A stretch of DNA of 64,000 bases from a candidate division WOR-1 bacterium RIFOXYB2_FULL_46_45 (GTDB taxonomy: Bacteria > Margulisbacteria > WOR-1 > XYC2-FULL-46-14), in NCBI GenBank assembly GCA_001771585.1, contig MEUE01000001.1, positions 92,744 to 156,743 of the forward strand, written 5' to 3'. The notes beneath the pieces are model-generated. The model worked only from the letters and a program-made list of their open reading frames with translations. It was not told the origin of the DNA and searched no databases. Below, piece after piece: positions 30,498 to 39,766 of the stretch (within the stretch, counting starts at the first letter, position 1; every line of letters starts with the position of its first letter). The translations under genes were made by a program, and so were the position numbers.

Positions 30498-31834
30498 CCG
30501 ACCTCTTCGTATCTCATCTCTTTATTGCAGAATTTGGTAACGTCTTTGCGAAAGACCAGCTCAACGACTCCAATCGGGCCGTTGCGCTGTTTGGCGATAA
30601 TAATTTCGGCGATATTCCCCCGCTCCGACTGCGGATTATAATAATCTTCGCGATGGATAAACATCACCACATCGGCGGTCTGTTCAATCTCTCCCGATTC
30701 TCTCAAGTCCGACAGGCGGGGAATCCGGTCGGGACGCTGTTCCACCGCGCGGGAGAGCTGTGACAGGGCGATCACCGGAAGCTCCAGTTCGCGGGCCAGC
30801 GTTTTGAGAGATCTGGCAATCTCGGAGATCTCCTGCACCCGGTTGTCCGAGCGGGAAGCCCTCCCCTGCATCAACTGCATGTAATCAATCATCACCAAGC
30901 CCAGCCCCTTCTCCATCTTCAGCCGTCGGCATTTGGCGCGGATCTCCATGGCGGTGATGGAAGAAGAATCGTCGATAAAGATCGGCGCTTCGGAAAGTTT
31001 GGATAAGGCCTTGGTCAATTTTTTCCACCCCTTGTCCGGCAGGGTCGCAGTCTTCAATTGGAGAGCGTTGATCTCCGCTTCGGAGCAGAGCATCCTCTGC
31101 GCCAGCTGTTCTTTGGACATTTCCAAACTGAAGATCGCCACCGGAATATTGAAGCGGATCGCCATGTTCTGCGCCATGTTTAGCGCCATGGCGGTCTTTC
31201 CGACCGACGGCCGTGCCGCCAGGATAATCAGGTCGGCATTCTGCAGTCCGGCGGTTATATTGTCGAGATCGGTAAAGCCGGTCGGAACCCCGGTTATATG
31301 CTGGTTTTTTCCATACAAGCTGTCGATCTTATCGAGCACATGTTTCAAGACCGAATCAAGCTTGGTAAAGCCCTCTCGGGTCTTGCGCATAGCGATATTG
31401 AAAATGGTCTTTTCCGCCCGATCCAAAACCAATTCGACATTTTCCGGCTCTTCAAAAGCCTCCTGGACCATAAAGGTTCCGGCCTCGATTAAACGGCGCA
31501 GGATCGCTTTCTCTTCCACAATCTTGGCGTAATATTCGATATTGGCGGCGGTCGGAACAGAGTTAATCAGGTCGGTCACATAGACCGTTCCGCCGACCGC
31601 GTCGATTCTCCCGTTCTTGCGAAGCATCTCCGAAACCGTCACCAGGTCAACCGGCTCTCCCCGTTCAAAAAGATCGAGAATCGCTTCAAAGATAAAAGAG
31701 TGCGCGTCGCGGTAAAAACTGTCCGGCTTTAAAATTTCGATCCCCTTGACGATCGCGGTCTTGTCGATCAGCATGGAGCCAAGGACCGATTGTTCGGCGG
31801 CTACGTTTTGGGGTGGAATCCTCTCATCTGGCAT
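30494..31834 (-). CDS. dnaB: Replicative DNA helicase DnaB
   Basis: N-terminal PQNVAAEQSVLGSML and a RecA-like ATPase (GARPSVGKTA). Confidence 0.95.
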   Translation of the reverse strand: MPDERIPPQNVAAEQSVLGSMLIDKTAIVKGIEILKPDSFYRDAHSFIFEAILDLFERGEPVDLVTVSEMLRKNGRIDAVGGTVYVTDLINSVPTAANIEYYAKIVEEKAILRRLIEAGTFMVQEAFEEPENVELVLDRAEKTIFNIAMRKTREGFTKLDSVLKHVLDKIDSLYGKNQHITGVPTGFTDLDNITAGLQNADLIILAARPSVGKTAMALNMAQNMAIRFNIPVAIFSLEMSKEQLAQRMLCSEAEINALQLKTATLPDKGWKKLTKALSKLSEAPIFIDDSSSITAMEIRAKCRRLKMEKGLGLVMIDYMQLMQGRASRSDNRVQEISEIARSLKTLARELELPVIALSQLSRAVEQRPDRIPRLSDLRESGEIEQTADVVMFIHREDYYNPQSERGNIAEIIIAKQRNGPIGVVELVFRKDVTKFCNKEMRYEEVG

Positions 31835-34220
31835 TGGACATATATTCTACCATAATTTCTTTGGCTCGGTCGATTACTTCGTGGGGCAGACCGGCCAGTT
31901 TTGCCACCTGTATCCCGTACGACTTATCGGCAGGCCCCTCCATTATTTTATGGAGAAAAGTGACGTGGTCTTTTTCGTCCAGCACCGCAACGTTTAAGTT
32001 TTTCATCCCCGGGTGTTTTTCGGCCATCGCGCAAATTTCGTGGTAGTGGGTCGCGAACATCGTCTTCGCCTTTATTTTGGTATGGATATATTCGGCCACC
32101 GCCGCCGCGATCGACATCCCATCAAAGGTGGCGGTTCCCCGCCCGATCTCGTCCAAAATTATCAAACTCTTTTCCGTGGCGTTATTTAAGATATTGGCGG
32201 TTTCGGTCATCTCAAGCATAAAGGTTGATTGTCCGGAAAAAATATCGTCCATCGCTCCAATGCGGGTAAAAACGCGGTCAACCAGGCCGACTTCCGCCTC
32301 TTTTGCGGGGACAAAGGATCCGATCTGCGCCATGAGACAAATCAAGGCAACCTGGCGCATATAAGTGCTTTTGCCCCCCATATTCGGACCGGTGATCAGA
32401 AGAAAACTTATTTCATCCGAAAGCTCAACATCATTTGGAACAAATCTGTGCTCACCAAGCATCTTTTCAACTACCGGGTGTCGACTCTCTGATAATCTGA
32501 TGATCTGATGATCTGATGATCTGACCACCGGCTTGCAGTAGTTATTTGCAACCGCAACCTCAGCAAGAGACAATAATACATCCAATTGTGCAAGAATATG
32601 GGCAGTTTGCTGTAAGCTCTTGGTATGTTTCGCCACCTCTTCACGAATTTGGCAAAAGATTTCATATTCCAGTTTCTTCATCCGATCGTCCGCATTTAAA
32701 ATTAAAGCTTCCCGGTCTTTTAATTCCGGAGTGATATATCTTTCCGAATTGACCAGGGTCTGTTTGCGGATATAGTCGGACGGCACCTGGTCCAAATTGG
32801 ATTTGGTGATATCGATATAATAACCGAAGACACGGTTGAAGCTGACCTTGAGCGATTTGATCCCGGTCCGCTGGCGTTCTTTTACTTCAAGTTCGGCAAT
32901 CCACGCTTTCCCCTCTGTTGTCGCTTTTTTAATCTCATCAAGCTCCGCGTTATATCCCGACCTAATTATGCCCCCTTCGGTTATTTGGATGGGGGGATCG
33001 TCGATTAGTGATCCCTGGATAAAGGCAGAAAGATGTCTCACGGATTCGATATCAATATCCATTTCTAATAATTCCGCCTTGCAATTTTTTAAAACCTCGA
33101 CTATAGCAGGCAGTTTCCGCAGCGATTCTGAAAGCGCGATCAAATCCCGCGCGTTGCAGCTCTTCGCCGCCACTTTGGCTGTCAATCTCTCCACATCGGA
33201 GATCGCTTTCAATTGCTTCCCCAGCTCTTCGCGTAAAATAACCGAGTTAAAAAGTTCAAGAACCGCATCCAATCTATTTTGAATCTTTTCCGTATTCAAA
33301 AGCGGTTGTAGAATCCAGGATCTCAATAATCGTGAACCCATCGGTGTTTTGGTCTGGTCCAGCACCCAAAGCAAGCTCCCCTTGAAGCTTTTGTCACGGA
33401 TAGTTTTAACCAATTCCAGGTTCCGGCGGGTGCTTGAATCGATCAACATGAAATCTCCCACCCGATACGGGTTAATCTTATTAATATGGTCAAGCGGGGT
33501 CTTTTGAGTGTCGGATAAATAATCAAGAATTGCCGCGGCGGCCTGAAGTCCGACCGGAAAATCGGTCACGCCGAAGGATTCGAGGTTGTTGATTTGAAAA
33601 TGTTCTTTGATCCTTTCGGAGGCCGATTCGGAATCGTATTTATCGACGAATGTGGAGGCCGGTTTGAAACCGGCCTTTACAAAATTTTGTATCATATCCG
33701 AAACCAACAATTCGGACGGATTGATCCTATCAATTTCTTCTTTAACCTTTTGTTCCGAATCGACCTGGGTAATCTTGAATTCGCCGGTCGAGGCATCGGC
33801 GTAGGCGATGCCGTATTTCCCTTTATCAAAGGCAATTGCCATCAGGTAATTATTCGATTTTTCGTAGAGCATGGAAGATTCTATAATCGTCCCAGGGGTA
33901 TAGATTTTGATCACTTCGCGTTTGACGAGCCCCTTGGCCAAAGCAGGATCCTCTATCTGTTCGCAGATGGCGATTTTATAGCCCTTCTCTATCAATTTTT
34001 GAATATAATTTGAAGCGGCGTGGTACGGAATACCGCACATCGGCATCCGATTTTCGTCTTTTCCTCGGCCGGTTAGGGTCAGTTCCAATTCACGGGAGGC
34101 CAAAACGGCGTCGTCGTAGAACATTTCATAAAAATCCCCGAGGCGGAAAAAGAGGATGGCATCCCGGTGCTTGGACTTTATTTCATGGTATTGGGCCACC
34201 ATGGGGGTTGGTTCGGACAT
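31824..34220 (-). CDS. mutS: DNA mismatch repair protein MutS
   Basis: Domains I-V present with the GPNMGGKST Walker A. 798 aa. Confidence 0.95.
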   Translation of the reverse strand: MSEPTPMVAQYHEIKSKHRDAILFFRLGDFYEMFYDDAVLASRELELTLTGRGKDENRMPMCGIPYHAASNYIQKLIEKGYKIAICEQIEDPALAKGLVKREVIKIYTPGTIIESSMLYEKSNNYLMAIAFDKGKYGIAYADASTGEFKITQVDSEQKVKEEIDRINPSELLVSDMIQNFVKAGFKPASTFVDKYDSESASERIKEHFQINNLESFGVTDFPVGLQAAAAILDYLSDTQKTPLDHINKINPYRVGDFMLIDSSTRRNLELVKTIRDKSFKGSLLWVLDQTKTPMGSRLLRSWILQPLLNTEKIQNRLDAVLELFNSVILREELGKQLKAISDVERLTAKVAAKSCNARDLIALSESLRKLPAIVEVLKNCKAELLEMDIDIESVRHLSAFIQGSLIDDPPIQITEGGIIRSGYNAELDEIKKATTEGKAWIAELEVKERQRTGIKSLKVSFNRVFGYYIDITKSNLDQVPSDYIRKQTLVNSERYITPELKDREALILNADDRMKKLEYEIFCQIREEVAKHTKSLQQTAHILAQLDVLLSLAEVAVANNYCKPVVRSSDHQIIRLSESRHPVVEKMLGEHRFVPNDVELSDEISFLLITGPNMGGKSTYMRQVALICLMAQIGSFVPAKEAEVGLVDRVFTRIGAMDDIFSGQSTFMLEMTETANILNNATEKSLIILDEIGRGTATFDGMSIAAAVAEYIHTKIKAKTMFATHYHEICAMAEKHPGMKNLNVAVLDEKDHVTFLHKIMEGPADKSYGIQVAKLAGLPHEVIDRAKEIMVEYMSNAR
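32489..32524. repeat. 8-bp tandem repeat (CTGATGAT)x3, plus imperfect flanking units, inside the mutS CDS
   Basis: The sequence reads ctgataat ctgatgat ctgatgat ctgatgat ctga and encodes RSSDHQIIRLS. Confidence 0.9.
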
Positions 34221-34236
34221 AAAGAAATTATAACAT

Positions 34237-34596
34237 TTATTTAATCAACAAGGTTTTTTTCTTAAAATCTATCTGTAGGAATTTACCTGCCAACAACCTG
34301 GTTCCCAAAAGAATTTCTTTGGCATGCGAGGACAATACTCCAACTTTACGTTTTTTTCCGTCCAATTCAACTTCTCCGATATAAACTCTCGATTCGATAA
34401 TCTTGCCGTCAGCTAATTCGTACTTTTCATAACCGAGAAATTCCCATCCCGATTCAAGAATCAAATCGTGTGGAACGCTTAAAAACCCATTGAATCCCGT
34501 ATCGACAACCGCCGGCTGGGATATTTTTCGGCCGTTAAAAACCAGTATTATTTCTATAATGGGCTCTAAATCGTCGCTTATGACACCTTTAATCAT
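34237..34596 (-). CDS. Retropepsin-like (clan AA) aspartic protease
   Basis: VVDTGFNG carries the D-T/S-G active-site motif; 119 aa. Confidence 0.6.
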   Translation of the reverse strand: MIKGVISDDLEPIIEIILVFNGRKISQPAVVDTGFNGFLSVPHDLILESGWEFLGYEKYELADGKIIESRVYIGEVELDGKKRKVGVLSSHAKEILLGTRLLAGKFLQIDFKKKTLLIK

Positions 34597-34598
34597 TG

Positions 34599-34826
34599 CT
34601 ATCTAAGCTTATGAACGGAGGGAAATCCTATTCTCAAGAAATAAAAGATTTTATTGGGATGTTGCTTCTTTGCTTTTAGCGCCGCGTCAAGAGTATCTTT
34701 TCCTATCGTATAATCGGCCGATCCCGGCTCAATCGCAATGACATCACCCTTATGTGTTTTTTCAAGCTTGGTTTTTACTTTGCTATAAATTGATTCGCTT
34801 TTTTCAATAAACCGGTCTTTAGTCAT
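34599..34826 (-). CDS. Small protein, presumptive partner of the retropepsin-like protease
   Basis: 75-aa ORF that ends 2 nt before the protease start. Assigned by context only. Confidence 0.3.
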   Translation of the reverse strand: MTKDRFIEKSESIYSKVKTKLEKTHKGDVIAIEPGSADYTIGKDTLDAALKAKKQHPNKIFYFLRIGFPSVHKLR

Positions 34827-34940
34827 TTCAATGCCTCCTTTTTACAAAATAATTATAGCCCTTCGACAGGCTCAGGGCAAGCAAAAAAACGCATGAAATT
34901 TTTGGCTTATCGAGACAATCGGCATTTGGACAAAGGGGTA

Positions 34941-35363
34941 TTAGCTTCCGTGATTATAAAGATCTATCCCCGCCTTCTTCAACGCTTGTTCTGATTCTCC
35001 CGCTTCGTATTTTTTAATTACCCTATCGGCAGCTTTACATAATTGAGCGGAATGTTTTGCGCTTTGCCTATTACTTTGGAGGTTTTCTTCTACTCTATCG
35101 GAGTTACAGGAAACTGTTTTTTTAAGGTTTTTTGGATCATGAAACATATAAACCATCACTTCATATGATTCTCGAACTTTCGGTGTTTCACAGTTTCCAA
35201 GGTCTTTCTCACATTTCAGATAAGATTTAAGCGTATCGACAGCTTTTGTTTGTGCTTTTTGTACTTCTGGGGTCAAACATTTACGTGAATCGCCTGTTTT
35301 GTTTAGGCATGCCCTATAATCCCTCATTGTCTTTACCGGATTAAACCCATTAACTCTTGTCAT
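34941..35363 (-). CDS. Cys- and Lys-rich small hypothetical protein (paralog A)
   Basis: 140 aa with 8 Cys and no signal peptide. It shares its MTRV start and ~110-bp 5' leader with 35569-35964. Confidence 0.4.
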   Translation of the reverse strand: MTRVNGFNPVKTMRDYRACLNKTGDSRKCLTPEVQKAQTKAVDTLKSYLKCEKDLGNCETPKVRESYEVMVYMFHDPKNLKKTVSCNSDRVEENLQSNRQSAKHSAQLCKAADRVIKKYEAGESEQALKKAGIDLYNHGS

Positions 35364-35462
35364 CTTTTTTCCTCCTCTATGGGAATGTTGTTTACTGCTC
35401 TACTGGCAGTTGCCGTCCCCTTACACAGATATTATCGTGACATCGGACAAAAAACTTGCATC
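35352..35462 (-). repeat. Duplicated ~110-bp 5' leader/RBS/start region, copy 1
   Basis: ~95% identical to 35953-36062. It includes the GGAGG RBS and the first 4 codons (MTRV). Confidence 0.85.
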
Positions 35463-35493
35463 TTCCCATTCCCCCTCAAAAACAATCCCTAAT

Positions 35494-35546
35494 GCGGAAA
35501 AAGAGGATGGCATCCCGATGCTTGGACTTTATTTCATGGTATTGGG
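35494..35546 (-). pseudogene. Duplicated fragment of the mutS 5' coding region (codons ~8-25)
   Basis: A 53-bp stretch nearly identical to 34143-34195 inside mutS, with one g/a mismatch. Confidence 0.8.
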
Positions 35547-35568
35547 GATGCGAACTCTTTTCTGGTAA

Positions 35569-35964
35569 TTAAGAAGCATGTGGATCGTCTAAGTTCTTTC
35601 CAAAATACTCCCTGGCTTTTTGATCTGTTCTCGCGGCTTCTTTTCTCTGAGCTTTTTCTTGTCTTTCGACTGTTTCTTTTATATGACAAAGATACGATTC
35701 CAAAGTTGCTGGCCCTTTTTGAGCTTTTTTACAATTTTTCAACATTGGATCTTTTGGCCAAATCTCAATAAAATTCCGCGCAGAAGCCTCAAGCAAATCA
35801 ACTCCTACTATCTCTTTGCCCGGTATTTTGGCTTGCCCAGCTGCCTCCAGTCCTGCCTTATGGGCTTCTGCTTTACACTGGGTTACACCTTTTCCTCCAT
35901 CAAGACACTTCTTTAATGTGACTATAGTAGCCAAAGTGAATGGTTTTAAAGAAACTCTTGTCAT
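35569..35964 (-). CDS. Cys-containing small hypothetical protein (paralog B)
   Basis: 131 aa with an MTRV start. Its leader is duplicated from paralog A. Confidence 0.4.
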   Translation of the reverse strand: MTRVSLKPFTLATIVTLKKCLDGGKGVTQCKAEAHKAGLEAAGQAKIPGKEIVGVDLLEASARNFIEIWPKDPMLKNCKKAQKGPATLESYLCHIKETVERQEKAQRKEAARTDQKAREYFGKNLDDPHAS

Positions 35965-36062
35965 TTTTTTCCTCCTCTATGGGAATGTTGTTTACTGCTC
36001 TACTGGCAGTTACCGTCCCCTTACACGTATATTATCGTGGCATCGGACAAAAAACTTGCATC
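35953..36062 (-). repeat. Duplicated ~110-bp 5' leader/RBS/start region, copy 2
   Basis: See copy 1. Confidence 0.85.
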
Positions 36063-36076
36063 AGATTTTAAAAATT

Positions 36077-37996
36077 TTATTTTCGCAGTTCAACACCCAG
36101 CTTCTGAACCAACGCATCGCAGATTTTAGTATGGAGCTCGTTCACCTCTTCAACTTTCAAGGTGCGAGAAGGATCGCGGTAGGTTATCCGGTAGGCGCGG
36201 CTGTTATTATAAATATCAAATAATTGAATCTCTTCCACTAGATTGCCGCCGGTTTGGCGGATGATGGCCAGAATTGAAGAATGGGTTACCCCCTCTTTGA
36301 CAAAAAAGGCGACATCCCGGTCGGTTTTGGGAAACCTGGGTAAAGGAGCGTGCTTTTTGGTTGCCGCGGCATTCTTAAGCAGAAGCTCCAGGTCGAGTTC
36401 AAAAACAAAGACCGGTTCGGTAAAATCATAGTTGCGGGCAATCGGGATCGCCAGTTCCCCCAGCCACCCGATCCCCTCCCCTTCAAAAACAATCCCCGCC
36501 GATTTACCGAGATTAAGCAGGTTGGTCTTGATCTCTTTGAATTCAAACGAACCGAATTCGTTAAGCAGCGCGGAGACCGCCGCTTTGGTAAAAAAGAAAT
36601 CGGTTTTGGTCAAAGCGCCGGCCAGCATCATCCTTTCAATATGCGGCTCCCCTTTGTAATAAACTTTTCCGATCTCAAAAATCTTCACATCGTCAACTTG
36701 ATGCCTTCTATTATGATCGACGACTTTAAGGAGAGAGGGAAGCACAATCGTCCGCAGGACCGATTCCTCTTCCGTTAATGGGTTGGCAACCTTGATGAAA
36801 TCCCGCAAATGCGCGTCGCGCAGTTTGAGCCGGTCGGGATACTGCGGGTCCAGGATGCTAAAAGTCTGGACTTCAAAGAGCCCCGCCCCCGCCATAATTT
36901 CCCTGGTTTTTACGCAAAGCCGGTCAAGCGGATTGTCTTCAATCTCCTGGGGAAGCTTCGCTTTGATCTTGTGGTAGCCGTAAATCCTGGCAATCTCCTC
37001 AATCACGTCAATCTCCCGCTCTATGTCTCCGGCGCGGTAAAGAGGGATCCCATTCAAAAAATTGAGGCGCTTCAAGATGGCGTCGATCTCTTTTTTGGAG
37101 AGTTCCGTCCCCAGGATGCGGTTGACCGCTTCGGTCCTGACTTTGATAATTTTTGGTTCGCGCTCAAAAGATTTCTTGTCGGCCTTAAAATCACAAATTG
37201 TCCCTTCCGCCAATTCGGTAATCAGCGCCGCGGCGGCATGGAGCGCCATTTCAACCCCTTCCCAGTCCACCCCTTTTCCAAAACGGATGGAGGATTCGGT
37301 CCGCAATTTCAAAAACTGCGACGATTTGTTGGTTGAAACCGGATCGAAAAAAGCCGACTCAAGGAGAATATTTTGCGTCCGCTCCGAAACCTCGGATTCC
37401 TTTCCTCCCATGATCCCGGCAACGGCAATCGGACGGGTAGAATCGGCAATCACCAGAATCGAAGGATCAAGCTTATGCTCAGTACCATCGAGAGTTTGGA
37501 TTGTTTCACCTTCCGCCGCTTTTCTTACAACAATCTTGTTAACTTTGTCAAAATCAAAAGCGTGAAGCGGCTGGCCGTATTCCAGTAAAATATAATTGGT
37601 AATATCAACGATATTGTTGATCGGACGCAGACCGCAAGCCACCAGGCGTTCTTTCATCCAATCGGGGGAATCCTTTATCTTCACCCCTTTTATCACCCGC
37701 GCCATATACCGCGGACAGAGCTTGCGCTCTTTCACTTCAATTGGAACATTCGTTTTTTCCTTAGTACTTAATACTTTGTACTTAGTACCGTGCAACTTAC
37801 TGTCTAAAATCGTTACAATTTCTCTAGCAATACCTATAACAGACTGCAAATCTCCCCGATTCGGCAGGATATCAAGCTCAAGCAGTTCACCCCGCGCGGT
37901 TGTTTCGGTCCCCGCCATCGTCAGCCGCTCGGCGAGTTCTTCCGGCGAGATCTTTATGTCGACATATTCTTTTAGCCAGCTAATCGGTATTTTCAT
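36077..37996 (-). CDS. pheT: Phenylalanine--tRNA ligase beta subunit (compact form)
   Basis: B1, B3/B4, B5 and catalytic-like domains are recognisable. At 639 aa it lacks the N-terminal OB-fold tRNA-binding insert. Confidence 0.9.
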   Translation of the reverse strand: MKIPISWLKEYVDIKISPEELAERLTMAGTETTARGELLELDILPNRGDLQSVIGIAREIVTILDSKLHGTKYKVLSTKEKTNVPIEVKERKLCPRYMARVIKGVKIKDSPDWMKERLVACGLRPINNIVDITNYILLEYGQPLHAFDFDKVNKIVVRKAAEGETIQTLDGTEHKLDPSILVIADSTRPIAVAGIMGGKESEVSERTQNILLESAFFDPVSTNKSSQFLKLRTESSIRFGKGVDWEGVEMALHAAAALITELAEGTICDFKADKKSFEREPKIIKVRTEAVNRILGTELSKKEIDAILKRLNFLNGIPLYRAGDIEREIDVIEEIARIYGYHKIKAKLPQEIEDNPLDRLCVKTREIMAGAGLFEVQTFSILDPQYPDRLKLRDAHLRDFIKVANPLTEEESVLRTIVLPSLLKVVDHNRRHQVDDVKIFEIGKVYYKGEPHIERMMLAGALTKTDFFFTKAAVSALLNEFGSFEFKEIKTNLLNLGKSAGIVFEGEGIGWLGELAIPIARNYDFTEPVFVFELDLELLLKNAAATKKHAPLPRFPKTDRDVAFFVKEGVTHSSILAIIRQTGGNLVEEIQLFDIYNNSRAYRITYRDPSRTLKVEEVNELHTKICDALVQKLGVELRK

Positions 37997-38010
37997 ATTA
38001 TGCTTATAAG

Positions 38011-38057
38011 CCCCCAGAATAAATTCTGGGGAATAATCCCCACATTTTAATGTGGGG
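38011..38057. repeat. Tandem GC-clamped palindromic hairpins (REP-like) in the pheS-pheT intergenic region
   Basis: The two hairpins are ccccagaataaattctgggg and ccccacattttaatgtgggg. A related copy lies at 44799-44826. Confidence 0.8.
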
Positions 38058-38071
38058 TGTTTCTCTTACTC

Positions 38072-39052
38072 TCAAAATTGTTTCAAAAACCTCATGTCAT
38101 TTTCAAAAAACAACCGGATATCTTTGATCCCGAATTTCAGCATCGCGATCCGCTCGATCCCCATTCCAAAGGCATAACCGCTCCAAACTTCCGGATCATA
38201 ATCGACAGCTTTAAAAACATTCGGATCGATCATCCCGCAGCCCAAAATCTCCAGCCAGCCGTCTCCCCACTCCACATCCACCTCCGCGGAAGGCTCGGTG
38301 AACGGGAAATAGCTGGGGCGGAAACGGACTTTTTTTTCTTTTCCAAAAACGGCGTGGAGAAAAGCGGTTATAACCCCTTTCAGGTTGGCGAAAGTGATGT
38401 TTTTGTCCACCGCAAAGCCTTCAATTTGATGAAAAACGGTCGAATGGGTCGGGTCTGCGTCCCGCCGGAAAACCCTCCCCGGAGCAATTACCGCGAGCGG
38501 CGGTTTTTTCTTCTCCATCACCCGAATCTGCACCGGTGAAGTGTGGGTGCGCAAAAGGGTCTCTTCTCCAACGTATAGGGTGCTCCACATGTCGCGCGAA
38601 GCGTGATGCTTGGGGATGTTGAGCGCTTCGAAATTATAATAATCGGTCTCGATATCGGGTCCGCTTTCGACAATAAATCCAAGCCGCAGAAAAATCTCTT
38701 TGACCTCTTCCATAACCTGGGTGATGGGATGTAATTTACCCCTGGCATAACCTCTGCCGGGGAGGGTCACGTCAATCGCGTCGGTTTTTATTTTCTTCTC
38801 CGTCTCAAGGTTTTCAAAAAGGGTCTTTTTTTCGGCGATCATATCTTCGATCCGCCGCTTGGCGATGTTGAGATTCTTTCCGAAAACCGGGCGTTCTTCG
38901 GGAGTTAGGTCCTTCAAATGCTGGAGCAATTCGGTGATCAAACCCTTCTTCCCCATATAATGGACGCGGAAATTTTCCAGTTCAAGAAGGTTCTTGACCT
39001 CCGTAAGCTGTACAATCGCCTGGTTTTCTATCGCTTGAATTCTTTCAGCCAT
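38072..39052 (-). CDS. pheS: Phenylalanine--tRNA ligase alpha subunit
   Basis: Class II motifs 1-3 (FRPSYFPFTEPS; GWLEILGCGM). Confidence 0.95.
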   Translation of the reverse strand: MAERIQAIENQAIVQLTEVKNLLELENFRVHYMGKKGLITELLQHLKDLTPEERPVFGKNLNIAKRRIEDMIAEKKTLFENLETEKKIKTDAIDVTLPGRGYARGKLHPITQVMEEVKEIFLRLGFIVESGPDIETDYYNFEALNIPKHHASRDMWSTLYVGEETLLRTHTSPVQIRVMEKKKPPLAVIAPGRVFRRDADPTHSTVFHQIEGFAVDKNITFANLKGVITAFLHAVFGKEKKVRFRPSYFPFTEPSAEVDVEWGDGWLEILGCGMIDPNVFKAVDYDPEVWSGYAFGMGIERIAMLKFGIKDIRLFFENDMRFLKQF

Positions 39053-39725
39053 TTTTTTGCCTCAAGGCCTCATACATTATAACAGATGCCGAAACCGCCG
39101 CGTTAAGCGATTCGGCCTTCCCCGGGATCGGAATTTTAACCACTATATCAGCCGCTTCCAGGATCTCTTTTGAAAGTCCCGCCCCCTCATTCCCGATCAA
39201 AACCAGCGTATTACCGGTCAAATCGGTAAGCCAATAATCTTCTACCCCTTCACTATCGGCCGCAACGACCTTGAATTTTTTTTGTTTGAATTCGCTAATG
39301 GTCTCAAAAATGTTTTCCGTCCGGACAACCGGAACGCGAAAGATCGATCCGGCGGTAGCGCGGATCGTTTTCTGGTTATAGGGATCCGCGCAACCTTTTG
39401 TCGCGACAATCCCGGCGGCGCCAACCGCGTCGGCGGTGCGGATGATCGTTCCCAGGTTTCCGGGATCCTGAATGTCAACACATCCGACCAATAATGATCC
39501 TATCTGTAATGACAAATCGCAACTCACCTGCACATACGCTAAAACACCTTGAGGAGACACGACTTTTGATAATTTCTTGAATTGTTTCTCCGTAATTTTA
39601 TGGCAGGGAATCTTTAATCCTTTGGCCTTCGACAAAACCGGGAATTCTTTCGTGTAAAGGATCTCTTTGGCGTACGGAAGCGCTTCTTCCACCATCCGCG
39701 GGCCTTCGACAATAAATTTTTGCAT
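39045..39725 (-). CDS. TrmH/SpoU-family RNA 2'-O-methyltransferase
   Basis: SPOUT motifs (LVIGNEGAGLS; NVS...S). 226 aa. Confidence 0.75.
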   Translation of the reverse strand: MQKFIVEGPRMVEEALPYAKEILYTKEFPVLSKAKGLKIPCHKITEKQFKKLSKVVSPQGVLAYVQVSCDLSLQIGSLLVGCVDIQDPGNLGTIIRTADAVGAAGIVATKGCADPYNQKTIRATAGSIFRVPVVRTENIFETISEFKQKKFKVVAADSEGVEDYWLTDLTGNTLVLIGNEGAGLSKEILEAADIVVKIPIPGKAESLNAAVSASVIMYEALRQKNG

Positions 39726-39766
39726 TGGAATAATTATAACACGCGGTTATGGTAAAATAGAGGCAA

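Noticed and set aside
29769-31532. Plus-strand ORFs of 236 aa and 199 aa
   Set aside because: Antisense to the lptD-like gene and dnaB respectively. They are shadow ORFs.
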